Counted from the first letter of the stretch, positions 1 to 8,707 are shown. The stretch: DNA of 57,953 nt from Rickettsia typhi (GCA_945900795.1 CAMDJN010000003.1:1-57953); one strand, 5' to 3'. Numbers and translations are program-made. Notes: generated by a model from the letters alone, not told the origin.

Positions 1-138
1 AGGTTGAGTTTGTAAATTATTTCTCGTTCACAAAGAGAAATCCGAGTGTAGTTTTTGGTCATGATTGCGCACTTTAATTGTTGTAAACCTTTTGAGGTTA
101 ACAACGATGTAAAGTTGCGCTAGGAGATTGAACTCACC
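1..138 (-). mobile_element. IS30-family left end with start of transposase (runs off the window)
   Basis: Exact reverse complement of 57809-57946. Terminus GGTGAGTTCAATCTCCTAGCGCAAC resembles IS30-type IRs (TTCAAT-N6-GCGCAAC). ATG at 62 (minus) reads MTKNYTRISLCEREIIYKLN, like the IS30 transposase N-terminal HTH. Confidence 0.8.
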
Positions 139-240
139 ATCTCTTCCAGAAAATGGCCGAATCCCCATTGCAACTGCCACAGAAAAGGAATCTGCGCTTA
201 GAATTAAACCAACAATAATAACTTCAAAACCTGGAGGCAT
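139..240 (-). pseudogene. mntP: 5' fragment of MntP-like manganese efflux pump, interrupted by IS30
   Basis: VIIVGLILSADSFSVAVAMG matches the MntP first-helix motif (LSxDAFAVxxxxG). The frame runs into the IS end at 138. Confidence 0.6.
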
Positions 241-255
241 GTGGAATAGAGCTAG

Positions 256-314
256 AGCCTTGATAGGATTGGTGGACTTGGGCGGATTCGAACCGCCGAC
301 CTACTGATTAAGAG
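256..314 (-). repeat. att site: duplicated 3' part of tRNA-Lys plus 14 downstream bases
   Basis: AGCCTTGATAGGATTGGTGGACTTGGGCGG...GATTAAGAG, repeated at 8618-8676. Confidence 0.95.
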
Positions 315-430
315 AACGATTTTTGTAAAAAATCACAACAAGCTAAAAATCACGGCAACAATGAAATCAAGGCTTCACAGCCATTTTCTTGTTGTTGGTT
401 ATTTTGGTTTTTTGCCATTTTTTGTGGAAA

Positions 431-454
431 AGTGCCCCAAGAGTGCCCCACAGA
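431..454. promoter_or_regulatory. Putative integrase arm-type sites (2x TGCCCCA, 11-bp period)
   Basis: AGTGCCCCAAGAGTGCCCCACAGA is identical at 8564-8587. An inverted pair TGGGGCA lies at 8415-8432. Confidence 0.7.
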
Positions 455-481
455 AATTAGAAAAACTTCTTCTAAAATCAG

Positions 482-1630
482 TTATTTTTCCAACAACTCC
501 AAATACTCATCAAAGCGAAAAAGTTTATTTCTTTTCTGGTTGGTATCGAGTTTTAAAATTTCAATTTTTACCAATTTCTGAATTATCGCATTGGCAGTAT
601 TGTAACTAACTTCTAACCCTTTCTGAAGTTCAGTAATGCTGATGACTGGAAAGCGAAACAAGATTGATAAGGTCTCAACTACTTGCTCTTTCGGCAGGCT
701 AAAACTTTTGGAAGTTGTGAGCTTGTCATGCAGCTGCTTTTCTAGCTTCTCAATCCCCTTCGATTTTTTGTAAGCCTCTGTAGCACTTTCTTTGATGGCC
801 TTGAGATAGAAAGAAATCCATCCCTCGAAGTCCCCTTTGGTTCTCACCAAGTCCAACTTCTGGTAATATTCCGCGTGATGTTTTTTGAAGTAAGTTGATG
901 GGTAAAGAATTGGTGCGGCAAGCACGCCGTCCTCAATCAACATCAACACAATCAGCAACCTACCGATTCGACCATTGCCATCAAGGAATGGATGAATGGT
1001 TTCAAACTGCACATGTGCCAAACCAGCCTTGATAAGGATTGGTAGAGACTTGTCATCATTGATAAATTTCTCTAAATCAGCAATCAGTTCGGCGATTTTA
1101 TTTGCTGGAGGTGGAACTAATTTTCCAACCCTCACTTGCTGTTTGCGATATTGACCTGGACTAGCAGCGTCGCCATCTCCACCACTCATCAAAATTTTGT
1201 GAGCCTTTAAAATTACTCTCGAAACGATAGGAAAATTTTCCTTTTGTACCATCGCAAGAGCCGCATCTAGAGCCTTGCCATAATTCAAAACCAGCTGGGT
1301 TTGTTTACTGGTTTTAGATTGGTTTGAGGTGGTAGAAATTTCCTGCGTAAAAATATCAATCAGCGTAGTGTGAATTCCTTCTATTGCAGAGGATAGGAGA
1401 GCTTCTTTGAGGCAATAGGCCTTAACGAACCTTTCGATATTCGGCAATCGCTTTGCCATTTCGTTAAGCTGTCCTAACGCATGCATAGCCTTCCCATGCA
1501 GGTCAATCAGGTCAGAACTAAATTCAAAAGGAGGATTTTTCGGAGGAAGTGTGTTGGGAATAAAAAATTCCAACTCACCAAGTTTTTGGTAGGAGCCTGT
1601 TTGGCGTTGTGTTTGAGGGTTCTGAATCAT
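482..1630 (-). CDS. Fic family protein with C-terminal HTH
   Basis: Canonical Fic motif HPFLDGNGRIGR, EALLSSAIEG inhibitory-helix region, C-terminal wHTH-like segment. Confidence 0.93.
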   Translation of the reverse strand: MIQNPQTQRQTGSYQKLGELEFFIPNTLPPKNPPFEFSSDLIDLHGKAMHALGQLNEMAKRLPNIERFVKAYCLKEALLSSAIEGIHTTLIDIFTQEISTTSNQSKTSKQTQLVLNYGKALDAALAMVQKENFPIVSRVILKAHKILMSGGDGDAASPGQYRKQQVRVGKLVPPPANKIAELIADLEKFINDDKSLPILIKAGLAHVQFETIHPFLDGNGRIGRLLIVLMLIEDGVLAAPILYPSTYFKKHHAEYYQKLDLVRTKGDFEGWISFYLKAIKESATEAYKKSKGIEKLEKQLHDKLTTSKSFSLPKEQVVETLSILFRFPVISITELQKGLEVSYNTANAIIQKLVKIEILKLDTNQKRNKLFRFDEYLELLEK

Positions 1631-1650
1631 TTCAATTTTTCCTTAATTGA

Positions 1651-1734
1651 TGAAATAAAGACGGAGTTTGTCTCTAGTATTTCAATTAGAAAGTATTTAT
1701 TGAAATAAGAGATGCTAGAAGTAGTCTTATTTCA
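1651..1734. promoter_or_regulatory. Two TGAAATA-N20-TATTTCA palindromes between fic and the terS-like gene
   Basis: 1651-1684 and 1701-1734 have identical half-sites and spacer length and start 50 bp apart. Confidence 0.55.
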
Positions 1735-1776
1735 GTTTTGGATAGCTTCCAAAAACCAATACAAATACCACAAAAC

Positions 1777-2208
1777 ATGACCAAAAATAAACAAAAATCC
1801 TCAAGAAAATCAGTCGGAAGACCGACAAAGATGACTCCGGAAATTATCAGTAAATTAGAGTATGCTTTTTTACTTGGTAAAAACGACCTCGAAGCCTGTG
1901 CTGAAGCCAAGATTGGCAAATCAACACTTTACGATTTCCAGAGAAAAAATCCTAGATTTATCGACCGAAAAGCATGGTTTCAGAACAACGTAAAATTGAG
2001 AGCAAAATTGTTAATTGTTAAAGCGATAGAAAATGGATGTGGTAAGGCGTCGAGATGGTGGCTAACAAGATATTGCAAAGAGGAATTTTCTCTGAGAGTT
2101 GCGAAGCCAAAAAACTTGGGAAAAATAACGTCATCAAGTGGTGCTCAACTTCCGATGCAGCAATCAATGCAAGAGGTAAGAAAGCTGCTCGAGGGGATTA
2201 ATCTTTAG
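1777..2208 (+). CDS. Terminase small subunit-like HTH protein
   Basis: GRPTKMTPEIISKLEYAF...EACAEAKIGKSTLYDFQRKNPRF pattern typical of TerS-like N-terminal HTH. ATG at 1777 preferred over TTG at 1738. Confidence 0.65.
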   Translation: MTKNKQKSSRKSVGRPTKMTPEIISKLEYAFLLGKNDLEACAEAKIGKSTLYDFQRKNPRFIDRKAWFQNNVKLRAKLLIVKAIENGCGKASRWWLTRYCKEEFSLRVAKPKNLGKITSSSGAQLPMQQSMQEVRKLLEGINL

Positions 2209-2211
2209 CTT

Positions 2212-2451
2212 TTAAGCCACTCTCTTCTTCATCTTTATTTCTGGCATCAGCTCAGATGGCTGAACCCTCAATTCCGCTGCAATTTTGCAGATAGCACGTA
2301 GCGATGGATTTCTTTTTCCTCTCTCCAAAAGACTGATGTAGGTGCGGTCAAAACCAACGGTTAAAGCCAAATCCTCTTGGCTCACGTCCCTAGAGACCCT
2401 GATGTCCCGTAGCTTTTCCCCGAATTGTGTTAGAAGTTTTTTATCAAGCAT
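2212..2451 (-). CDS. XRE-family HTH regulator, restriction-modification controller (C) protein-like
   Basis: SQEDLA...DRTYISLLERGKRNPSL motif. C-boxes lie directly upstream. Confidence 0.85.
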   Translation of the reverse strand: MLDKKLLTQFGEKLRDIRVSRDVSQEDLALTVGFDRTYISLLERGKRNPSLRAICKIAAELRVQPSELMPEIKMKKRVA

Positions 2452-2476
2452 AGGGCTTGACTTCTTTCGGGAAAAT

Positions 2477-2506
2477 AACTGATAGTCTACGGACTGACAG
2501 TCACAT
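2477..2506 (-). promoter_or_regulatory. Tandem C-box operator
   Basis: Minus strand ATGT-GACTGTCAGTC-CGTA-GACTATCAGTT gives two GACT-N3-AGTC boxes 4 bp apart, 25 bp upstream of the XRE gene. Confidence 0.75.
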
Positions 2507-2567
2507 TTCTAACTCAAAACCCAATTTTATGTGGTGGAAACCCACTAAAATCAACGAAATCAGCAAA

Positions 2568-3629
2568 ATGGATTTTAAAGACGAAATAAAGCAAATCGCA
2601 GAAAGAATAACAAATCTAAAGGATAAAATTCAGACAGAAGAGGCTACAAAAAATGCCTTCATCATGCCATTTCTGAAGGCTCTCGGTTACGATGTTTTTA
2701 ATCCACTCGAAGTAGTTCCAGAATATGTCACCGACATTGGAACGAAGAAGGGAGAGAAAATAGATTACGCTATTTTTAAGGACGGAGAGCCTGCTATTTT
2801 GGTTGAATGCAAACATTGGGGACAAAACCTAAATCTACACGATGGACAATTGTTGCGATATTTCCACGTTTCAAAAGCTAAATTCGGCATCCTGACGAAC
2901 GGCATAGAATACCGCTTCTATTCTGACTTAGAAGTGCCAAATAAAATGGATGAGAAGCCCTTCCTGTGCTTTAAAATAACGGAAATAAAGGATGAGCAGC
3001 TTGAAGAGTTAAAGAAGTTTCACAAATCCAATTTCGACATCAACAACATCATCGGAACAGCGAGTGAGCTGAAATACACCAACGAGCTCAGAGCCCTTAT
3101 TCAAAATGAACTAAGCAACCCATCCCCAGAATTTGTCAAATACTTCGCGAAGCAGGTCCATTCTAGCTCGGTAACGACAAAAGTTATCGAACAATTTACT
3201 AATCTCATCAAAAAGTCTGCTCAGCAATATGTCAGTGATTTAATAACAGAGCGTCTTAACGCCGCTTTGGCCAAAGAGTCGAAAACAGAAAACGATCCAT
3301 CAAAGCAAAGTAAGAAATTGTCAGAGGAAGAGAGGAAGGTGGTTACAACGGAAGAAGAACTAGAGGCTTTCATGATAGTAAAATCAATCCTTCGTCAAAA
3401 GATTGATTCCAAAAGAATTCATCACAGAGATTCGCAATCCTATTTTGTAATCATGCTGGATGACAACAATAGGAAGAGCATTTGTCGCCTTTATCTCAGC
3501 GGCAAAAAGAAATTCATGATAACTTTTGATGAGCAGAAAAAAGAGGTGAGAAATGACCTTGAAACTATTGATGATATTTTTGGCTTTGCGGAGGTTTTGA
3601 TGAGGTCTGTGGATAGCTATGCCAACTAA
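2568..3629 (+). CDS. HsdR N-terminal-like PD-(D/E)XK endonuclease domain protein
   Basis: TEEATKNAFIMPFL..LGYD, EKIDYAI...LVECK, FGILTNG motifs. No helicase motifs. Start at MDFKDE (2568). Confidence 0.85.
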   Translation: MDFKDEIKQIAERITNLKDKIQTEEATKNAFIMPFLKALGYDVFNPLEVVPEYVTDIGTKKGEKIDYAIFKDGEPAILVECKHWGQNLNLHDGQLLRYFHVSKAKFGILTNGIEYRFYSDLEVPNKMDEKPFLCFKITEIKDEQLEELKKFHKSNFDINNIIGTASELKYTNELRALIQNELSNPSPEFVKYFAKQVHSSSVTTKVIEQFTNLIKKSAQQYVSDLITERLNAALAKESKTENDPSKQSKKLSEEERKVVTTEEELEAFMIVKSILRQKIDSKRIHHRDSQSYFVIMLDDNNRKSICRLYLSGKKKFMITFDEQKKEVRNDLETIDDIFGFAEVLMRSVDSYAN

Positions 3630-3819
3630 ACAACAGCAAAGATTCTGCCGAAGATGTAATGAGATAGTTCCTGCTGTAGCAAGAGTTCCTAATCACATTC
3701 TTCACTTTATTTTGTCGCTTTTCACATTCGGATTTTGGCTATTTGTGTGGTTTTTTATAGCATTGCTGAACCGCACCGAAAAATTTTACTGCACTAAATG
3801 CAACGGTAGAGCAAGCTGA
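3619..3819 (+). CDS. Small membrane-anchored Zn-ribbon protein (CxxC-hydrophobic-CxxC, LITAF-like layout)
   Basis: CRRC ... NHILHFILSLFTFGFWLFVWFFIALL ... CTKC. Overlaps the upstream gene by 11 nt. Confidence 0.7.
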   Translation: MPTKQQQRFCRRCNEIVPAVARVPNHILHFILSLFTFGFWLFVWFFIALLNRTEKFYCTKCNGRAS

Positions 3820-3865
3820 AGTGTTTCACTGTTTCATTCTCTAGGGAGTGAAACAATGAAACACT
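3820..3865. repeat. 46-bp palindrome with four TGTTTCA/TGAAACA heptamers (origin/binding site or bidirectional terminator)
   Basis: AGTGTTTCACTGTTTCATTCTCTAGGGAGTGAAACAATGAAACACT between convergent genes. Confidence 0.7.
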
Positions 3866-3878
3866 AACAAAAACTACT

Positions 3879-4868
3879 TTAGTTTTTCCCCTCTTTCCAC
3901 CTTTTCAAAATCCGATTCACCCTAGAAAGACTAAGTCCAGTTTCATTGGCGATATCTCTCTGGCTCAAACCGCCTTCACTCGCCAACTCCACCACCCTCT
4001 TTTCCTCCAAATCCTCAAGCTCAAAAACTTCCCAACTCGCTTGGTTGTTATTGAGATGAAGTTTGACCTCAAAAGGCTTGGCATCTTCCCCTGCAAAACC
4101 ACGCGATTTTTCAAAATGAATTTCAAACCGCGCACCTTCTTCGCTGTTGTAGTTGGAGGGGTGTTTCAGATTTATCACCGTGTCCAAAATATCCTCTTTC
4201 TTGGAAGTGCCTCGTTGGTTGTTATCCTTGCCAGCGTGATGGATGAAGATGATTGATTTGCCGCAAGAGCGTTGGCGCAAAGCCCAATTTGCTACCGGAT
4301 CCCAACTTGCCGCCTCGTTCTCTTTACCATAACTCACAAGGGTTGAGAGGTTATCGACAATCACAACATCAGCCTCTTTGACGTGAGGTTCGATTGCTTG
4401 CTGACCTTCTTCCGTTGCCAGATTTGGCATGATGCCGTCCTTTTGCTCATCGCGCGTGATGATTGACAAATTATCGTTGTCAGAAGGGTCGATGAGTAAA
4501 GTTTTGAATCTTTCCTGCATTGCATTTGCTGGCATCTCGCCATCAATGTAGAGAACTTTCCACTTCTTACCAATCTTCCACCTATCTGTAAAAAGACTGG
4601 CTCCACTAGCGATTTTGCAGGCAAGAAACAAAGCAAAGTAAGTTTTGCCAACTCCTCTTTTAGCGTAAATCATCACCAATCCTTGCCGTGGGAGGCAAGG
4701 TTGGATGATAAACTCTCTTTCAGAAAGTTTCTTTGACAGAAACTCACCAAGTTTGAGAGCGATTGCTTTTGGTTTGTAGAGCTCTTCGGTGCTGGTTAAA
4801 CCAAGTCTTTCAACCTCTTCAACTTCGGAAATAATTCCATCAAATGTGGTTGGTTTTTTGCGAGTCAT
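3879..4868 (-). CDS. RepA-like AAA helicase (AAA_25 type) with C-terminal HTH
   Basis: Walker A AKRGVGKT, YIDGEM, Walker B VVIVDN, IHHAGK, RGTS, and C-terminal LSQRDIANETGLSLSRVNR. Confidence 0.88.
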   Translation of the reverse strand: MTRKKPTTFDGIISEVEEVERLGLTSTEELYKPKAIALKLGEFLSKKLSEREFIIQPCLPRQGLVMIYAKRGVGKTYFALFLACKIASGASLFTDRWKIGKKWKVLYIDGEMPANAMQERFKTLLIDPSDNDNLSIITRDEQKDGIMPNLATEEGQQAIEPHVKEADVVIVDNLSTLVSYGKENEAASWDPVANWALRQRSCGKSIIFIHHAGKDNNQRGTSKKEDILDTVINLKHPSNYNSEEGARFEIHFEKSRGFAGEDAKPFEVKLHLNNNQASWEVFELEDLEEKRVVELASEGGLSQRDIANETGLSLSRVNRILKRWKEGKN

Positions 4869-5197
4869 GCCACACACCCCACTTCTGAAATTGAGCTTTT
4901 CAACAATTCTACCCAATCCACCAAGACGTAGCGGGCAATTTTCCTTTCACCTTCGCGAATGGTTAAAATTTTAATATCGTGCACATGTCTTAAAATGTGG
5001 ATATAGCTAGAAAGCCGCAGAAGTTTGAAATCATGGCTCTGAAGGGTGGTTATGCCCTCCTTGATTTCGATTAAAACAATCAAGGTTTCAGCATTTTTTC
5101 CTTCAAGATGAAGGATTTTTTGCTGGTCGTTTTGAATTGTAGAAAATTTGGCAAAGACTTTCTTGTTGCCCTTGGAGGGGTTGGATTTTAGATTCAT
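4865..5197 (-). CDS. Winged-HTH DNA-binding protein of the island
   Basis: GITTL...RLSSYIHILRH...IARYVL pattern. GAGG upstream of ATG at 5197. 4-nt overlap with the helicase start. Confidence 0.65.
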   Translation of the reverse strand: MNLKSNPSKGNKKVFAKFSTIQNDQQKILHLEGKNAETLIVLIEIKEGITTLQSHDFKLLRLSSYIHILRHVHDIKILTIREGERKIARYVLVDWVELLKSSISEVGCVA

Positions 5198-5282
5198 TGT
5201 GACCTCATTAAATTGATGGTTAAACACAGGCTCGTGATTTCCCTCGTCTGCAAACTTGGAAACCACGAGCTTTTTTGTTGTC

Positions 5283-5498
5283 TTAGGCATGGGTTTCCTC
5301 GTTAAGTTTTTCGACCCATTGAAAGAATTTTTGCTCATCAATTAAGACTCTTTTTCCAACGCGACGCACTACGCTGGAAAAGCCGTTTGTTTTTTCGTTG
5401 AAGATTAGGAAGCGCAAAGACCCTTGGCTTGGCCAAGAATGTTCAGAGGCAAATTGTGCAATAGTTAAGAGGCGGGGGGATTTATTATTTTCTGACAT
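5283..5498 (-). CDS. AlpA/excisionase-like DNA-binding protein
   Basis: 71 aa, RLLTIAQFA...RRVGKRVLIDEQKFFQWV. Confidence 0.75.
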   Translation of the reverse strand: MSENNKSPRLLTIAQFASEHSWPSQGSLRFLIFNEKTNGFSSVVRRVGKRVLIDEQKFFQWVEKLNEETHA

Positions 5499-5656
5499 AG
5501 TAAAAAGTTTTTGATTAAAGATTGATAAAAAATCAGCAGCACTGCCACTGATGGTTTAACAAGCTGTAACAAAACTTTTACTTATCTAAATAGGGTATGC
5601 GTATGACCTACGCCATGCGTTGCGCATGATGGGGGTGGGGATGTCGTTAGAGACCC

Positions 5657-7195
5657 TTATTTCTTGGTCTTGGATGAGTTGTAGTTTTTTATCAAATCTG
5701 TTCTTCCCAAGTCTTTCAGGGCGTTTTTTATTACTTCATAAAAGACGTTGTCAGAAAATGAGTCTAGGGATCCGTCCTTTTTCTTAAATGATCCGAAGTC
5801 ATTTTTTCGGTCTTTCTCTAGCTTCTTTTTGATTTCAACATGGTTCTTACACTCAGCTAGAGACTTAGCTATCTCACTTTTGACATGATTTATAACTTTA
5901 GTTTTTGCATCGCTTAAACTTTTCCACCTTATCTCTTCTGGACGATTAGTTTTGCGTTGAGATGTCTTGCCAGATATGGAGGAAAGGTGCGTTGTCACAC
6001 CTTTTTGAGATAACTCCTTCAGCTCCGATGGAATTTTTATTCTGTGACCACGCGCCCACTCAATAAAATCAACTACTCTACCAATATCCTCATCTCCATC
6101 GCTACTTAAGAAATTTATTTTGTTCAACTCGCGGTCTTTCTTAAATAAAAAATTGTATTCGCTTAAATCTGCAAATCGCGCTTTGATTATTTTGATATCT
6201 GATTGCCTTTGAGCATCCTCTTCTGAAAGCCCAATCCCACTAATCTCATCGAGAGCTATTTCCATCAAAACCCGCATGTTTCTATCTCCATCCTCGTTTG
6301 GCAATTTAGCGAGAGTCCCAAAGAATTGTTGCGGAGTGCAAATCTTACCTAGACATGGCTTAAGAGAATCATCCCTTATCATTTTCAGCAAAGACTTTAC
6401 CGCAAATTCAGAATGAATTTTTTCTACATCTTGTTTATCGATGATTTTTAAAGCCTTATCCAGTAAGAGTTTCGGCACATATGAAAAAATCTTTTTATGC
6501 TTTTTTACGATCCTAAAAAGCACGTTTCGCAATAAAAAAATGCGTTCTTTGGAAAAATCTTCGCAATCAATTGGGCAGCAGTGCACAAGCTCTTCTGCGC
6601 CATTGCTTCTTTTTTCTACTTTCCAATAAAGCCACTCCCCATTTATTCCACGAGTGTTTGTGTCTAGCATCTCTTGCGCTAGTCTTTTTGCGGACTGATT
6701 GAATTCCTCGTTAATCTCAAAAACATTTCTTATTTCATGGGGGAAAGGAGGTTCTCCTGCTGACAAAAAAAGGAGAACCGCTTCATTGAATGACCAGCAT
6801 TCTTTCTCTTCCGAAAGCCAATAATCGTAATTAAAGAATTTTAACAACTCTTTTGGTGCTGACTCGCCTTCGTTTTCAAGTCGCCATTTAATAAAATCCC
6901 TTGGCTCAACCCAGATACTAGAGGCTTGCTCAACATTATTTTCCTGAACGGCCTTTAAATATTCATCGCGCAAAAAATTTTTTGTCGCCTTATCCATTCC
7001 TCCATCAGGGAACTCAAAATCCGGCTCTTCGAATTCAAGCCTTGCTCTTAGCTTCTTTTTTTTGATGTCCTCTAGTGCTTTTTTGTAGGTTCTTGTGCCT
7101 TTTGTATTATCAAAAATTTCTGTAACCACTCCAACAGTTTCTTCTAAAGACCAAGATTTATCCCTAATCCAGTTGTCGTAATTAATTTTACTCAT
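5657..7195 (-). CDS. Hypothetical protein with internally duplicated domain
   Basis: Open frame of about 510 codons overlapping the integrase stop, with two NYDxW...WSxxE motifs. Confidence 0.75.
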   Translation of the reverse strand: MSKINYDNWIRDKSWSLEETVGVVTEIFDNTKGTRTYKKALEDIKKKKLRARLEFEEPDFEFPDGGMDKATKNFLRDEYLKAVQENNVEQASSIWVEPRDFIKWRLENEGESAPKELLKFFNYDYWLSEEKECWSFNEAVLLFLSAGEPPFPHEIRNVFEINEEFNQSAKRLAQEMLDTNTRGINGEWLYWKVEKRSNGAEELVHCCPIDCEDFSKERIFLLRNVLFRIVKKHKKIFSYVPKLLLDKALKIIDKQDVEKIHSEFAVKSLLKMIRDDSLKPCLGKICTPQQFFGTLAKLPNEDGDRNMRVLMEIALDEISGIGLSEEDAQRQSDIKIIKARFADLSEYNFLFKKDRELNKINFLSSDGDEDIGRVVDFIEWARGHRIKIPSELKELSQKGVTTHLSSISGKTSQRKTNRPEEIRWKSLSDAKTKVINHVKSEIAKSLAECKNHVEIKKKLEKDRKNDFGSFKKKDGSLDSFSDNVFYEVIKNALKDLGRTDLIKNYNSSKTKK

Positions 7196-8261
7196 TCCCA
7201 CCCCCAAAAATCTTATTATTCATCCTCGTAACTACACCAGCCGTGTGAGCATCCGAGATGTGAGAATAGCGTTTAACAATGCTTAGGGTTTTATGTCCCA
7301 ACACCCCAGCAATTTCCGCTAAGGTTGCACCATTCATCGCAAGGTAAGAAGCGCAGGAATGTCGCAAGTCATGCCATCTAAAATCTTTAATCTCCGCTTT
7401 TTGCAGAGCAGTTTCAAAAGGCGTTCTGATGTCGATTGGGTCTTTGAGATTCTTCGCAGGAAAGACTAAACCCGTGTTTTCATTTCTGTTTTTGTGGTGG
7501 CTTTTCATCAAATCTTTGGCGATGCCAACTAGTGGGAGGGAGCGTCTTTCGCCGTTTTTGGTGTCGTGCAGAAATATCATGCCACGACTCAAATCAACAT
7601 CATCCCACTTCAGGCTCATGATTTCCATCTTCCTCGCTCCGGTGCTGATTGCTAGCACGGTTAGGATGTAGAGGTATGGACTTGAGCTTTCTTTGCAGGC
7701 TGTCAGCAATCTTTCTCTTTCTTCGTCGCTTAAAAATCTGACTCTACCTCTCGGTTCTTTGAACTTTTTGATTTTGAGGATTGGGTTTTCTTGCATCCAT
7801 CCCCACTCTTTGACGGCAATGGTGAAGCAGTGGCTAAGCGCAGCGCAATAGCGGTTGATGGTGGCATCGGTTCTTTTTCTGCCTTTGCGTTCGCTTTTTT
7901 CTTGGGAAAGTTTGCCGCGATGTTCGGTGATGAGTGCGGGGGTGATGTCGGAAAGAAGGAAGCTGCCGATGCTTTCTTTCCACCAGCCAAGCTGGGTTTT
8001 TAAGTCGTTTGCGCTTTTGGGTTTTCTCGGAACGATTTCTTCGATGTAGCGGTTGATGAGTTCCTTAGCTGTGTGTTTCTTTGCCTCAGAGGTTTTAAAG
8101 TGTCTTCCTTCTCGGATTGCTGACTCGGTGTCTTGAATCCATTTCTTTGCGTCTGTGATTCTTGTGAAGGTGGCTATTTGTTCGGGGTATCCTCTGAGCC
8201 TGATTTTTACCCTGTAGGAAATTGCTCCGCTTTTAGCCGTGCGTTTTTCGATGTTTGCCAT
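7188..8261 (-). CDS. Tyrosine recombinase/integrase
   Basis: TGARKME, WHDLRHS, LGHK, RYSH catalytic R-HxxR-H-Y residues. Adjacent to the tRNA att. Confidence 0.96.
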   Translation of the reverse strand: MANIEKRTAKSGAISYRVKIRLRGYPEQIATFTRITDAKKWIQDTESAIREGRHFKTSEAKKHTAKELINRYIEEIVPRKPKSANDLKTQLGWWKESIGSFLLSDITPALITEHRGKLSQEKSERKGRKRTDATINRYCAALSHCFTIAVKEWGWMQENPILKIKKFKEPRGRVRFLSDEERERLLTACKESSSPYLYILTVLAISTGARKMEIMSLKWDDVDLSRGMIFLHDTKNGERRSLPLVGIAKDLMKSHHKNRNENTGLVFPAKNLKDPIDIRTPFETALQKAEIKDFRWHDLRHSCASYLAMNGATLAEIAGVLGHKTLSIVKRYSHISDAHTAGVVTRMNNKIFGGGNE

Positions 8262-8631
8262 TCGGTAGTTTGTCAAAAGTTTTTAACTGATGACAAAAAC
8301 CTAAAAATGATGGCAAAAAATGGCAACTAATTTCAACAACAGATTCGTAATCAGAAGAGAAAAATGGCTTGAAACCTTTTAAACAGAGGATTCAAAGAAT
8401 TTGATTTGCTTTTATGGGGCAATTGTGGGGCAGTTTTAGAAAAGTATTTTTCAAGAGTTGGAAAAAATGCTTTATTTGAGATGGTTTTGAGGTATCAGAA
8501 AAAATCGAAGAAAAGTCAGAAAGAAATTTTTCTGCGGTGATTTATTGCAGTTTTTGATATTTTAGTGCCCCAAGAGTGCCCCACAGAGGGGTTTTTTGAG
8601 GAGGATAATTTGTCTGAAGCCTTGCTAGGAT

Positions 8632-8707
8632 TGGTGGACTTGGGCGGATTCGAACCGCCGACCTACTGATTAAGAGTCAGCTGCTCTACCAACTGAGCTA
8701 CAAGTCC
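8632..8707 (-). tRNA. tRNA-Lys(CTT)
   Basis: GGACTTGTAGCTCAGTTGGTAGAGCAGCTGACTCTTAATCAG...GTTCGAATCC...CCA, 76 nt. Confidence 0.97.

Larger units (their letters stand above)
256..8676 (-). mobile_element. Integrative phage-satellite-like island at tRNA-Lys(CTT), about 8.4 kb
   Basis: 59-bp direct repeats 256-314 and 8618-8676 (1 mismatch) that include the tRNA 3' 45 nt. Contains integrase, AlpA-like, AAA helicase and TerS-like genes. Confidence 0.92.
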
